Source of the DNA: Meiothermus sp.
GTDB lineage: Bacteria; Deinococcota; Deinococci; Deinococcales; Thermaceae
Assembly (NCBI RefSeq): GCF_026004115.1
Contig: NZ_BPIM01000001.1
Coordinates: 3,172,594 to 3,236,593 of the forward strand
Reading direction: 5' to 3'
DNA: 64,000 nt
Below are positions 11,050 to 22,179 of this stretch, in pieces (positions within the stretch are counted from its first letter, which is position 1; the number at the start of each line of letters is the position of its first letter). The translations under genes and the position numbers were made by a program. Below the pieces are notes generated by a model. The model had not been told where the DNA came from, made no database searches, and worked only from the letters and a program-made list of their open reading frames with translations.

Positions 11050-11316
11050 TCAGGGCTCCAAAGCCTTCCAGAAACGCTCTTGCAGTTTTAAGTCGGTCGC
11101 CAAAGCATTCCCCTGTTTGAGCCGCACCCGGGGCCGCCCTTGTAGGCCCCGCTCGCCCAACGCATGTGCTACCTCTTCCAAGGCCTTTCCCAAGTCGCGT
11201 GTGGGCCGGTGAAAAACCTCGCGCCGCAACTTTCCCAACGCGTCAAAATGCTCCACCTGCACTACCGCTCGGCCTTGCTCGAGCCACACCAAAACTTGAT
11301 CCAGTCTGGGTTGCAC
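11050..11316 (-). CDS. Hypothetical protein (88 aa, GTG start)
   Basis: GC-rich coding-like ORF downstream of nrdJ. No family recognised. Confidence 0.3.
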   Translation of the reverse strand: MQPRLDQVLVWLEQGRAVVQVEHFDALGKLRREVFHRPTRDLGKALEEVAHALGERGLQGRPRVRLKQGNALATDLKLQERFWKALEP

Positions 11317-11386
11317 AGTTCAAAATACTGGCACAGCTTGACCCTTATAAAACTGCTGCCCTGTTTACATTCGTCCAGGAATAACT

Positions 11387-14356
11387 CTATCCACACTTGC
11401 TATAACCACAGCTATAGCACTTGACACACCCTTCCTCGCGTACCAGGTTCTCGTCGCCACACTCGGGACATTTGCCCAAGCCGGTCTTGCCCTGGAGGGG
11501 CTGTGTATTCTGGATGGGTGCGGTCATGGCCCGCTGCATGGCCTGGGGCACCATATTGTCATCCAGGGGCATCTGGGCGGCTTTGCGCTCGCCTTCGGCA
11601 ATCTGGATTTTGCTGGTGGTTTCTAGTGCTACGGCTATCAGGTCGGCCTTGCTGGTCACAAAGCGGCCCTGGTAGCTGCCGTACAGGCCGCCATTAATGC
11701 CGCGCAGGGTCTTGACCAGCTCGGCCACCGGTACCCCGTATTGCAGGGCCTTGGAGATAATACGCCCCAGGGCTTCGCTGTCGGCGTTGGCCTCGTCGCC
11801 CGCCTTACCCGAAGTCAGAATAACCTCCACCGGGTGCTCCCCTTGCATATTGACGGTCACCAGAAAACCCCGCCGGGTGCCGTCGGCGGCAGTGAGTTTG
11901 ACCATGTCGGTGTAGCCCACCAAGCGACCGGTACGCTCGAAGATGGGGCGGGTTGTCCGCTCTGCTTCGTGGCGGCCCAAGTCGCTGCTAGCCGGCACCT
12001 CCAGCAACGCAGGCTGCACCGCTACCGTCTCCTTGTCCTGCTCTGCTTTCTTATCTTCCTTGCTCACCGAGAGCACCTGGTATTCGCGGCTGCCATCGCG
12101 GTAAACCGTGATGCCCTTGCAACCGGTCATGTACGCCTCGGTGTAGGCTGCCTCCACATCCTCCACGGTGGCCTGATTGGGCAGGTTGATGGTCTTGGAG
12201 AGCGAGTTGGCCGCGTAGCCCTCAGCGTCGAAGGCGGTCTGTACTACCCCTTGCATTCGCACATGATCCAGCGGCGGCACGTCGTGGGCCCCTTCAAACA
12301 CATTACCAATAGCGCTGGGGATACCTTCCAGGCCCTTCACGCTGCCGTGGTGGGCCTGAATGGCCTCGATGATGGCATCCCAATCCCAGGCACCGTTCTT
12401 CTCGAAGCGCCCCTCAGCGGGGAACTGCTCCATCATCTCCACAAACAAGGGGTGCAACAAAGCCTTGTACTCCCCGCCGATGCGCCGCCACATGAAGGGC
12501 GAGAACATCGGCTCTATGCCGCTGGAAACCCCCATCAACATGCTGGTGGTACCGGTAGGGGCCACCGTCAGCACCGCCACGTTGCGGCGGGGGCGGATGC
12601 CCAGCGCCTCGAAGGCCGCGCGGTGTTGCTCATAAGCCGGAAACACGCCCCGCTCCCGCCCCAGTTGCTCCGACTCGGCAATGGCTTCCTCGCGCATAAC
12701 GTTCATCACTTGAGCTACCACCCGGCGGCCCGCTTCTGAGGAGTAGGGCAGCCCCATCTTGATGAGCATGTCGGCCAGGCCCATTACCCCCAGGCCCAGC
12801 CGGCGCAAGGTCTGGCTGGCGATACGGTTGTCCTCCAGGGCAAACACGTTTACGTCCAGCACGTTGTCCAGGAAGCGGATGGCGGTGTGAACGTCTTTAC
12901 GGAACTCAGCGAAATTGAATTCGCCGTTCTCCACATAAGCCGCAAGGTTAATGGCACCCAGGTCACAGGGCTCGCCCACCGTGAGGGGGATTTCCCCACA
13001 TGGATTGGTGGAGCGAATCTGATAGCGGGGCCCCAGATTCTTGAGGGCCGAAAGCTCGTTGATGCGATCCACGAAGATCAGGCCGGGTTCGCCGGTAGCC
13101 CAGGCGTGCCAGGCAATTTCGTGCCAGAGCCACTTGGCCGGCACTTTGCCGTCGTAGACCGGAATGGGGCGGGCGCCGTCCTGGGCGCGTTCGGGCAGAT
13201 CGGGCCACACCCCGTTATAGGAGCCTTGCACCGGGTGTGGATAGTATTTGCCCGGCACCTCGGAGGGTTCAACCGCCCACAGGCCATCGGCCTGCAATGC
13301 CTGCCAGAAGGCTTCGGTGACCAGGATCGAGATATTGAAGGTGGAGATATCGCCTTCACTGGCCTCGCGGTCGAGGTCTTTGGCGGTCAGGAAGTCCAGC
13401 AGGTCGGGGTGGTCAATGGCGATGGTGGCCATGCCGGCGCCCCGGCGGGTGCCGCCCTGGCGTACTACCCGCAGCACCGGCGCGTACACGTAGCGCAAGG
13501 TGGTGACCGGGCCCGCTTTCTCGGCCCCCAGGTTGGCCCATTCTAGAAAGTTATCGAAAATTTCCACCAAAAAGCTCACCGGCCCGCTGCTGGTACCCCC
13601 GCTTCCTTTGATGGGCGCACCTTCGGGGCGCAGACTGCTGAAGTCTACATGGGGTTCCTGACCTTTCACAGCCAGGCTCAGGGCGGCCTTGGCAGCCTCG
13701 ATGATGCCTCGCATATCGTCGGGCACCATCAGTGCGTCGCCGGGCTTCTCCCGCACGGTCATGACTCCGTTGCGGCGGGCCAGCGCGGCCAATTCGGGCT
13801 TCAGGAGGCCGTAGACCACTCGCGTCCAGTTACGCACGGTGATGTTTTCTTTATCGCCATCGGGGTTGATGGGGGGGCGCATCATGCCCTTGATGAAGTC
13901 TTCGACATCGGCATGCTCTGCAGAAATATAGGCAAAACCGCGCACCGTTCCGCGTGGGCCAGCATTCTTGCGCGAGACATAGGGATCGAGGTTGACCCCG
14001 TTACCCCCACCCACCTTGGTCACCAATGCCAGCTTGGTCGCTACTTCCAGCACCCCATCAAAGCTGCTGGGGTCGTGATCGGTAGCGCCCTGCACAAAGC
14101 AGTTGAGTACGTTGCCGTGCTGGGTACCCGCTCCGGCCAGCACCCGCCCGCCCGGGCAGAAGCGTTTGGAGGCCATCAGCTGATAGAACTGTTCGCCCCA
14201 GTACGCTTTGTCCTGATCGGACTTTTCGGGCGAGGCCACCCAGGTAGCCACCCGGCGAAACATTCCAAATACGTCTCCATCGCCAGGTTGCATGTACTGG
14301 CGCTTGGCTATGGCTTGGGCGTGATCGTCAAAAAGTGCGGGCGTGAAGCTATTCAT
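11387..14356 (-). CDS. nrdJ: Class II (adenosylcobalamin-dependent) ribonucleotide reductase
   Basis: Motifs NVLNCFV, TNPCGEIPL and a C-terminal CPECG..CVKCYSCG zinc ribbon. I chose the start at MNSFTP (ATG 14356, GGAGGA upstream) over the track start at 14392. Confidence 0.9.
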   Translation of the reverse strand: MNSFTPALFDDHAQAIAKRQYMQPGDGDVFGMFRRVATWVASPEKSDQDKAYWGEQFYQLMASKRFCPGGRVLAGAGTQHGNVLNCFVQGATDHDPSSFDGVLEVATKLALVTKVGGGNGVNLDPYVSRKNAGPRGTVRGFAYISAEHADVEDFIKGMMRPPINPDGDKENITVRNWTRVVYGLLKPELAALARRNGVMTVREKPGDALMVPDDMRGIIEAAKAALSLAVKGQEPHVDFSSLRPEGAPIKGSGGTSSGPVSFLVEIFDNFLEWANLGAEKAGPVTTLRYVYAPVLRVVRQGGTRRGAGMATIAIDHPDLLDFLTAKDLDREASEGDISTFNISILVTEAFWQALQADGLWAVEPSEVPGKYYPHPVQGSYNGVWPDLPERAQDGARPIPVYDGKVPAKWLWHEIAWHAWATGEPGLIFVDRINELSALKNLGPRYQIRSTNPCGEIPLTVGEPCDLGAINLAAYVENGEFNFAEFRKDVHTAIRFLDNVLDVNVFALEDNRIASQTLRRLGLGVMGLADMLIKMGLPYSSEAGRRVVAQVMNVMREEAIAESEQLGRERGVFPAYEQHRAAFEALGIRPRRNVAVLTVAPTGTTSMLMGVSSGIEPMFSPFMWRRIGGEYKALLHPLFVEMMEQFPAEGRFEKNGAWDWDAIIEAIQAHHGSVKGLEGIPSAIGNVFEGAHDVPPLDHVRMQGVVQTAFDAEGYAANSLSKTINLPNQATVEDVEAAYTEAYMTGCKGITVYRDGSREYQVLSVSKEDKKAEQDKETVAVQPALLEVPASSDLGRHEAERTTRPIFERTGRLVGYTDMVKLTAADGTRRGFLVTVNMQGEHPVEVILTSGKAGDEANADSEALGRIISKALQYGVPVAELVKTLRGINGGLYGSYQGRFVTSKADLIAVALETTSKIQIAEGERKAAQMPLDDNMVPQAMQRAMTAPIQNTQPLQGKTGLGKCPECGDENLVREEGCVKCYSCGYSKCG

Positions 14357-14399
14357 GGTGTCCTCCAATTTGAGCGAGATATCCCCGGCCACCCGAGTG

Positions 14400-14457
14400 G
14401 CACAAGATATGGGGGGTTTCGCGCTAGATACTACTACTTGTTGTATATTTTTGACAA
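14400..14457 (-). promoter_or_regulatory. Candidate nrdJ promoter (TTGTCA-N18-TAGTAT) with two weak NrdR-box-like 16-mers
   Basis: On the minus strand the -35 is at 14457-14452 and the -10 at 14433-14428. The 16-mers at 14400-14415 and 14431-14446 match the NrdR box consensus acaCwAtATaTwGtgt at 11/16 and 10/16 positions. Their centres are 31 bp apart. Confidence 0.3.
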
Positions 14458-14755
14458 GTGGTTTTGGAAAAGCCTGGAATTTGGATACAAACAGAATACT
14501 GTAGGTGTTATGAGAAAATCAAGCCCTCGAGTTCAAACATATAGGGGCAAAACTTGCAAATGACCACTATAAGTAGTAGATAGGTAAGGGCTGGTTCTGC
14601 CTTAAACAGAAACAGCTCCGGTATTTGGAACGTTGTAATGGAGGGCGAGATGACCTTTATCTAAATAGGGGGTTGGTGGCTCAACATCAAGGCCAGCCTC
14701 GGAAATATTAAGGGCCCTGATCTCTCCCCACGCTTTGCCCTCTGCCCTGTGGGTT

Positions 14756-16217
<1,462 letters not shown>

Positions 16218-16361
16218 TCAAACTCCCACGCGAAAACGCCTGCTCGTTGCCAGCGGTTAGTCTAAACCTTGCAAGCAAAATCTCAAGTGTAAGCGAACAG
16301 CATTTCGTTACGTGAAGGGCGGGTGGCGCTGGGTCATCGGTTCTGATACCATGCCCCAGTT

Positions 16362-17036
16362 ATGCCGCGTGGGAATCTGTTTGTCATGACCGGGGCTTCG
16401 GGGGTGGGCAAAGGCACCATCCGGGGCAGGCTCCTGGAGTATCACCGCATGTACTACTCGATCTCGATGACCACCCGGCCCCCCAGGGTGGGGGAGCGCA
16501 ATGGGGTGGACTACTACTTTGTCAGCAAAGCCGAGTTTGAAAGCAAGATTGCGCAAAACGGTTTCCTGGAGTGGGCCCAGTACGTGGAAGACTACTACGG
16601 CACGCCCAGGGAGCCGGTGGAGGAAGCCCTGAGCAAAGGCCAGGACGTCATCCTCGAGATTGAGGTACAGGGCGCTTTGCAGGTCAAGCAGGCCATGCCG
16701 GAAGCGATTCTGGTCTTCATCATTCCCCCCTCGCTGTCGGAGTTGCGCCGGAGGCTCCTGGTGCGTGGAACCGACAGCCTGGCCAAGATTCACAAGCGGC
16801 TCAAGCGGGCCGAGGAAGAGATTCGCATGGCCGACCAGTTCAAGTATGTGCTGGTCAACGACCAGCTCGACAAAGCCGTCTCCGACTTTGCCGCCATTAT
16901 TCAGGCCGAGCGGCTGCTTCAACCGCGCATGAGCGAAGCCCTGGCCCGCGCCCTCTCGATAGACCCGGTTCTGGAACGTGAACTCGATGAACTCGAGCGC
17001 AAACGGCTCGAGGCGGGCGAGCAGGGGGGCCAGTAA
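16362..17036 (+). CDS. gmk: Guanylate kinase
   Basis: Motifs [22 protein letters not shown] and YYGTP. Confidence 0.95.
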   Translation: MPRGNLFVMTGASGVGKGTIRGRLLEYHRMYYSISMTTRPPRVGERNGVDYYFVSKAEFESKIAQNGFLEWAQYVEDYYGTPREPVEEALSKGQDVILEIEVQGALQVKQAMPEAILVFIIPPSLSELRRRLLVRGTDSLAKIHKRLKRAEEEIRMADQFKYVLVNDQLDKAVSDFAAIIQAERLLQPRMSEALARALSIDPVLERELDELERKRLEAGEQGGQ

Positions 17037-17089
17037 ACATTTTCTCACTTTCTGATGTACAATCGGAGCTTAGTTGCGGAGGTAGACCT

Positions 17090-17398
17090 ATGGCAGAACC
17101 CGGCATCGATACCCTTCTGGCCCTGACCGACTCCAAGTACCGCCTGACCGTAGTGACGGCAAAGCGCGCCCAACAGCTACTGCGCTACGGCTTCAAGAAT
17201 ACGGTGCTGAGCAGCGACGAACTGCCCCGCATGCGCACTTTGGAAGGTGAGAAGCCTGACCCCAACGCAGTTACCTGGGCAATGCAAGAGCTCAAGACCG
17301 GCCGCCTGCAAATCGGTGAAAACCTGATTGCCGAGGATCGTCTGACCAAGTACCTCGATCAGATGTACCCCCGCGAAGTGATCGAAACTTCTGATTGA
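17090..17398 (+). CDS. rpoZ: DNA-directed RNA polymerase subunit omega
   Basis: [31 protein letters not shown] closely resembles Thermus omega. Confidence 0.95.
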   Translation: MAEPGIDTLLALTDSKYRLTVVTAKRAQQLLRYGFKNTVLSSDELPRMRTLEGEKPDPNAVTWAMQELKTGRLQIGENLIAEDRLTKYLDQMYPREVIETSD

Positions 17399-17422
17399 TC
17401 GGTGCTGGGAAGCGGGCAGCAG

Positions 17423-17446
17423 GCGGGCCGACCAGGGTCGGCCCGC
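17423..17446 (+). terminator. Hairpin after rpoZ (candidate terminator, weak U-tract)
   Basis: GCGGGCCGA-ccaggg-TCGGCCCGC, a 9 bp perfect stem 25 nt after the stop. Confidence 0.4.
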
Positions 17447-17560
17447 ATCTTCATGCATGGGCCAGGTGCGGCCGGGCGTGCGAATTCGCAACTTCGCATC
17501 GCACATCTAGCCCGTGATGTTGCAGTATGCGCTCTGCATAAACCCAAACTATATACGCCC

Positions 17561-17568
17561 TGTATAAT
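17561..17568 (+). promoter_or_regulatory. Extended -10 element TGTATAAT upstream of argR
   Basis: An exact TGnTATAAT about 30 nt upstream of the argR ATG. Confidence 0.4.
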
Positions 17569-17597
17569 CACAAATCGGGACTCGAGGTGAAATCGCT

Positions 17598-18057
17598 ATG
17601 GCCAGCAAAGAACAGCGGCATCGGGCTATCCAGGAAATCATTAGCCGGGAAAGCATATCTACCCAAGCCGAGTTGGTGGATCGGCTGCGTAAGACTGAAC
17701 TATGACGTAACCCAGGCCACGGTGAGCCGCGACATCAACGAAATGCGCCTGGTACGGGTTCCGCTGGGGCGGGGAAAGCACAAATATGCCCTGGCCCATC
17801 TCGACCTGGCCGAAGATGTGATGGAAGAACTCCGGCGCATTTTTCGTACCTTTGTGCGGGATGTAGACCGGGGCGAGAACATTCTGATGCTCAAAGTGTC
17901 CGAAGGGCATGCCTCTGGCATCGCCTTGTTGATTGACCGACTGCGCCGGGATGATATTGTAGGCACGATAGCTGGGGAGGATTCGATTCTGGTGGTGGGT
18001 CGCACGGTTCAAGATGCAGAGGCCTTGCAGGAGGAATTTGACCGGTTGCTAACCTGA
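17598..18057 (+). pseudogene. argR: Arginine repressor ArgR with a +1 frameshift in the N-terminal winged-helix domain
   Basis: The ATG at 17598 gives [35 protein letters not shown] and then a stop at 17703. The shifted frame continues [21 protein letters not shown]... Removing one nucleotide near 17690-17700 restores an ArgR/AhrC-length protein. Confidence 0.8.
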
Positions 18058-18162
18058 GCGCCAGGGCAGCAGGAAGTAGTCGAGCAGCCACAAAGCACCC
18101 GCGAAGGGCCTTTTTCCCTCTCCCCTGCTGTTCTTCCCGCTATCAGTGAGGACTGAATCCCA

Positions 18163-18783
18163 ATGGTTGAATTCGCCCTCCAGGCCTTCCTGACCTTGTT
18201 CGTACTGGTTGATCCCATCGGCCTGATTCCGCTATTCCTGGCCCTGGTGGGTACCCGCAGCTACCAGGAGCAAAAGCGCATCGCGCTCAGGTCAACCCTG
18301 GTGGCGGGCCTCCTGATCCTGGCCTTTGCCTTGCTGGGGGGGGTGATTTTGCGCTACCTGGGCATCAGCCTCGAGGCGCTAAAGGTGGCGGGGGGTTTGC
18401 TTTTGTTCAAGATTGCGCTGGACATGATCAATGCCCAGCTCGAGCGCGAAACCGACGAAGAGCACGCCGAGTCGCAAGTCCGGGCCGATGTCTCTGTTTT
18501 TCCACTGGCTATCCCGCTCATTGCCGGGCCGGGCACCCTGGCCAACGTGCTGATTCTGGCTGGGTCGGCGCCCCCAGGAATTGGGGGGTTCGTACTGGTA
18601 CTGGCCATGGCCGCCCTGGTTTTATTCCTCACTTACTGGTCGCTTCGCGCGGCCCTGAAGTTCTCGAGTTCGCTGGGTCGCACCGGCATCAATGTGATTA
18701 CCCGGGTGCTGGGCATTTTGCTGGCCGCTCTGGCGGTACAGTATGTGGCCGATGGGGTACGGGTCTTGCTAAAGCTCGAGTGA
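18163..18783 (+). CDS. MarC family (UPF0056) integral membrane protein
   Basis: 206 aa, multi-TM, with the LFVLVDPIGLIPLFLAL motif. Confidence 0.8.
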   Translation: MVEFALQAFLTLFVLVDPIGLIPLFLALVGTRSYQEQKRIALRSTLVAGLLILAFALLGGVILRYLGISLEALKVAGGLLLFKIALDMINAQLERETDEEHAESQVRADVSVFPLAIPLIAGPGTLANVLILAGSAPPGIGGFVLVLAMAALVLFLTYWSLRAALKFSSSLGRTGINVITRVLGILLAALAVQYVADGVRVLLKLE

Positions 18784-20139
18784 GTTGCGAACCCGGCGCT
18801 TGTCTTTGTACATGGCCTGATCGGCCTGCCCCAGGGCGGCCTGCAAATCCTGGAGGGGAGTGATGGCCACTGCTCCTGCGCTCACCTCGAAGTGGATGGC
18901 TGAGCGCACCCGCCGAACCATCTCGGGCACTTCGGAAAGCGGCAGCGCCAGGTGCAGGCTCACAAACTCGTCGCCCCCAATGCGAAAAGTCTGGTCTTCT
19001 TGACGGAAGACACTGCGAAGCGTGTTGGCCAAAATTTTGAGGGCTTGATCGCCAGCAGCATGACCGTAATGGTCGTTGAGCCGCTTGAGTCCATCCATGT
19101 CCCAGTAAATGAGGGTCAGAGGTAAGTCCAGGCGTTCGGCCTGGGCCTTCATTTTGGGAAAACTCTCTTTCAGGGCGTGTCGGTTGCCCAACCCCGTAAG
19201 GGCATCGCTCAAGGCCAGCTCGGATAGATTGCGGCGCGTGAGCAGGCCATAAATCACCGTGGCGGCCTGTAAGGCAAAGGTCTGAGCGATGGCTAGGCTT
19301 TCGGGGGGAAAGGCCTCGGTAGAGGTGAGTGAATCGAGGTTGAGGGTACCCATTACCTGGCCCTGAAGCACAATGGGTACGGTCACGGTGGCTTTTAGCT
19401 CCTCCAGCTTGCCCACCTGGTTGAACATATCCAGCTCGTGGGAGATATGCTTTCGGGTTCGCTCCTGGATATGCGGAGACACCAACAAGCGGGGCTTGCC
19501 CAGCAACCATTCTTGCTCACCCAGCCCATACCAGGCCAGTTCGTGATCGTAACCTAAAGAATGTTCGATTAGGCTATCCTCAAAGCCAATCTGCGCCACA
19601 AATCTAAACTCTCCGTTTTCCAGCAGGGTCAGGCTTCCGGCCTCGGCCCCAGGAACCACTTCGACGGCTGTTTGCAGTACCCGCATGAGGAGTTCCTCGA
19701 GTTTTTCTTCCTGGGTAAGCAGGCTGGAAAGCACCTCGAGGGAAGAGTGGTAGGCCAGGGCCTGGTTGTACTCACGGGTCACCTCGCTCAGGATGCACAG
19801 TTGACCATTTTTGAAAGGGGCCAGGCTGACCTGGAACCAACGCCACCGCTTGACCGCTATTCCCAACAAACCCTTCTGGGGGCTGCCCTGCCACCAACCC
19901 GCATTCATAGGCTCGTGCATGCGCGACTCACGTACCATGGGTTGAAACCAGTTTTCCAGCCGCTTGCCCTGCGGATTGGGGTCGGGGATGAGGGCCGCAG
20001 CTACGGGGTTGCACCAGCCAATCTGCCCTTCTTTGTCCAACCACACCACGGCCTCTGGAAGTTGGTTTAGCCAGTTCAAGGTTTCTGGCTCGAGGACAGG
20101 GGCCGAGGTGTTCATATGTGGCGGGCAGGAAATATTCAA
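18769..20139 (-). CDS. Sensor diguanylate cyclase (PAS/GAF-like N-terminus plus GGDEF domain)
   Basis: The C-terminal domain has DALTGLGNR and RIGGDEF motifs. Confidence 0.85.
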   Translation of the reverse strand: MNISCPPHMNTSAPVLEPETLNWLNQLPEAVVWLDKEGQIGWCNPVAAALIPDPNPQGKRLENWFQPMVRESRMHEPMNAGWWQGSPQKGLLGIAVKRWRWFQVSLAPFKNGQLCILSEVTREYNQALAYHSSLEVLSSLLTQEEKLEELLMRVLQTAVEVVPGAEAGSLTLLENGEFRFVAQIGFEDSLIEHSLGYDHELAWYGLGEQEWLLGKPRLLVSPHIQERTRKHISHELDMFNQVGKLEELKATVTVPIVLQGQVMGTLNLDSLTSTEAFPPESLAIAQTFALQAATVIYGLLTRRNLSELALSDALTGLGNRHALKESFPKMKAQAERLDLPLTLIYWDMDGLKRLNDHYGHAAGDQALKILANTLRSVFRQEDQTFRIGGDEFVSLHLALPLSEVPEMVRRVRSAIHFEVSAGAVAITPLQDLQAALGQADQAMYKDKRRVRNSLEL

Positions 20140-20185
20140 TCAAGTGTATGCTTACCCCTCATTTAGCGCAACCATGATTAACGGG

Positions 20186-21763
20186 TTACGTGACCGAGCC
20201 CATCAGTAGTTCACGGGCATGCTCGAGGGCCGCTTCGGAATAGCTGCCCGAGAGCATACGGGCCAGCTCCCGCACCCGCTCTTCGTCCTGCACCCGCTGC
20301 ACCTGCACCGACTGGCTATTCTTGACCACCCGGTAGTGGGTATGGGCCCTGGCGGCGATTTGTGGAAGGTGGGTCACCACCAGCACCTGGCGCTGCTGGG
20401 ACAGGCGTGCCAAACGGTCGGCCACCTGCCAGGCCGCTTCACCGCCTACCCCGGTGTCCACCTCGTCAAAAACCACGGTATCGGCTTCTGAGCCGGTCAG
20501 GAGGGCCAGCGCCAGCATCACCCGTGAAAGCTCCCCGCCCGAAGCAGCTTTCTCCAGGGGGGCCTCGCCCAGACCTGGGTTGGCCGAAAACAGCAGCTGC
20601 ACCTCTTCCAGTCCATCGGGGCCGGGTTTTTCCAGGGGCGAGAGCCCCACCCGAAAACGCGCCGCCGGCATCCCCAGGGCACGAATCTCCTCACTCGCTT
20701 TTCTGGAAAGCCAGTCGGCAGCCTGGGCACGAGCCCTGGAAAGCTGCTCACCTGCCGCTATCAGCGCGTTCCAGGCGCTTTCTTTTTGGGCGTGGAGTTC
20801 GGCCAGGCGATCCTCGGCGCCCTCGAGTTCGGCCAGCTCGCGCCGCGCGGCCTCGGCAAAGGCCAGGATGGCCGGAATGCCCTCGCCGTACTTGCGCCCC
20901 AACTTCTCGATGAGGGCCAGCCGGGCTTCCACTTCCTCGAGGCGCTGGGGGTCGACCTCGAGGCTTTCCAGATAGTCCTCGAGTTCACGGCTCACCGCCC
21001 GCAGGCCATGCAGGGCGCTCTCGAGATCCTGACCCAGGTGCTCCAGTTCCGCATCAAAGCGCCCGGCAGCCTTTACTTCCCGTGAGGCCAGTGTGACCAG
21101 GCCCAGGGCGTCGCCATCCCCGCTGAGCAGAGCGATGGCCGCCGAAACCCGCTCGCGCAGGGTCTCGAGGTGGCGCAGGCGCTCGGCTTCCTGCAAAAGC
21201 TGCTCGTCCTCCCCCACCACCAGTTTGGCCTGGTCAATTTCACCGGTTTGAAATCGCAGAATATCCAGTTTGCGTTCACGCTCACGGGCTGCCGCCTCGA
21301 GGCGTTCGGTCTCGCTCAGAATGGCCTGAAAATGCGCGTAGGCCCGCTGGTACTGCTCCAGCAGACCCGGCTCTACCTGCGAATCTAGCAACCTGCGTTG
21401 AGCCTTGCGGCTAGAAAGCGCCAGGGCTGCGTGCTGGGCATGGATGGTCAGGTGCTGGGCCGCCTCGTCGCTGAGTTCCTTCAGGCTCACCACCTCACCC
21501 TCAATACGCGGGGTACTGCGCCCCTGGGAAACCTTGCGCGAAAGGCTTTTGCCACTGAAGAAGGCCGTTACGAGGAGGGTATCGGCCCCAGGGCGCATCA
21601 GGCCCTCGGCTTTTTCGCCCAGGAGCAGCGACAAAGCATCCACCAAAACGCTCTTGCCCGCGCCGGTTTCCCCTGTAAGCACCGTCAGGCCGGGGCCAAA
21701 CTCGAGCGCCACCCGCTCCAACACTGCTAAGTTTTGTACCTCGAGGCGTTCCAACATACCCAA
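20186..21763 (-). CDS. recN: DNA repair protein RecN
   Basis: N-terminal GETGAGKS, coiled-coil middle region, C-terminal SGGELSRVMLAL and VVFDEVDTG. Confidence 0.9.
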   Translation of the reverse strand: MGMLERLEVQNLAVLERVALEFGPGLTVLTGETGAGKSVLVDALSLLLGEKAEGLMRPGADTLLVTAFFSGKSLSRKVSQGRSTPRIEGEVVSLKELSDEAAQHLTIHAQHAALALSSRKAQRRLLDSQVEPGLLEQYQRAYAHFQAILSETERLEAAARERERKLDILRFQTGEIDQAKLVVGEDEQLLQEAERLRHLETLRERVSAAIALLSGDGDALGLVTLASREVKAAGRFDAELEHLGQDLESALHGLRAVSRELEDYLESLEVDPQRLEEVEARLALIEKLGRKYGEGIPAILAFAEAARRELAELEGAEDRLAELHAQKESAWNALIAAGEQLSRARAQAADWLSRKASEEIRALGMPAARFRVGLSPLEKPGPDGLEEVQLLFSANPGLGEAPLEKAASGGELSRVMLALALLTGSEADTVVFDEVDTGVGGEAAWQVADRLARLSQQRQVLVVTHLPQIAARAHTHYRVVKNSQSVQVQRVQDEERVRELARMLSGSYSEAALEHARELLMGSVT

Positions 21764-22179
21764 AACTCAGGGTATCACATCCGTTTTGTTGGGAACAGAA
21801 TGCCCAAGTAAACGTTCTTTCCCTCTTACCTTACCGCCGACAGTTTTTTGCAAAAAGTCTAATGCCAAAAGCTGAAATTAGTACAGCTTCGTAGAGATGG
21901 CTATACCTGGGGATTTGTCCTTCCATGGCAACCCCACCCTGCCCTCCCCTGCTAGGGAACGGCAGGCAGTGTATGGGGGCCTACACGACGCCGCAATTAA
22001 TAACTAACTCAACCTTCGACACTTGGCCTATCCGAAACCGAACGAGCTTCGAAAGGCCCTTTTGGCGAACCCACTAAAGACGCCTGAACCTGGCTATTCG
22101 CCCTAACCCCAATCCGTCAAGGCAAAAGTATTTTTGTCTCCGCCAAAGCCTTATACTGTTGCCACTAAGGAGGTTAATC

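Noticed and set aside
14357-14755. A possible cobalamin riboswitch in the long AT-rich region upstream of nrdJ.
   Set aside because: I could not find a convincing B12-box or the conserved riboswitch core on the minus strand. GGGCTGGTTCTGCC at about 14590 is only a loose match and is on the wrong strand.
17479-17560. ARG boxes upstream of argR (TGCGAATTCGCA and the TGCATAAACCCAAACTAT region).
   Set aside because: The palindrome is real, but neither sequence fits the 18 bp ARG box (TGAAT-N-ATTCA type) well enough to call. It is mentioned only within the argR finding.
21764-22158. A tRNA, small RNA or mobile element in the 395 bp recN / EF-G2 intergenic region and other large gaps (10616-10830, 16218-16361).
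   Set aside because: No cloverleaf-compatible sequence, no repeat-family similarity and no conserved structure were visible. Only short dyads were noted.
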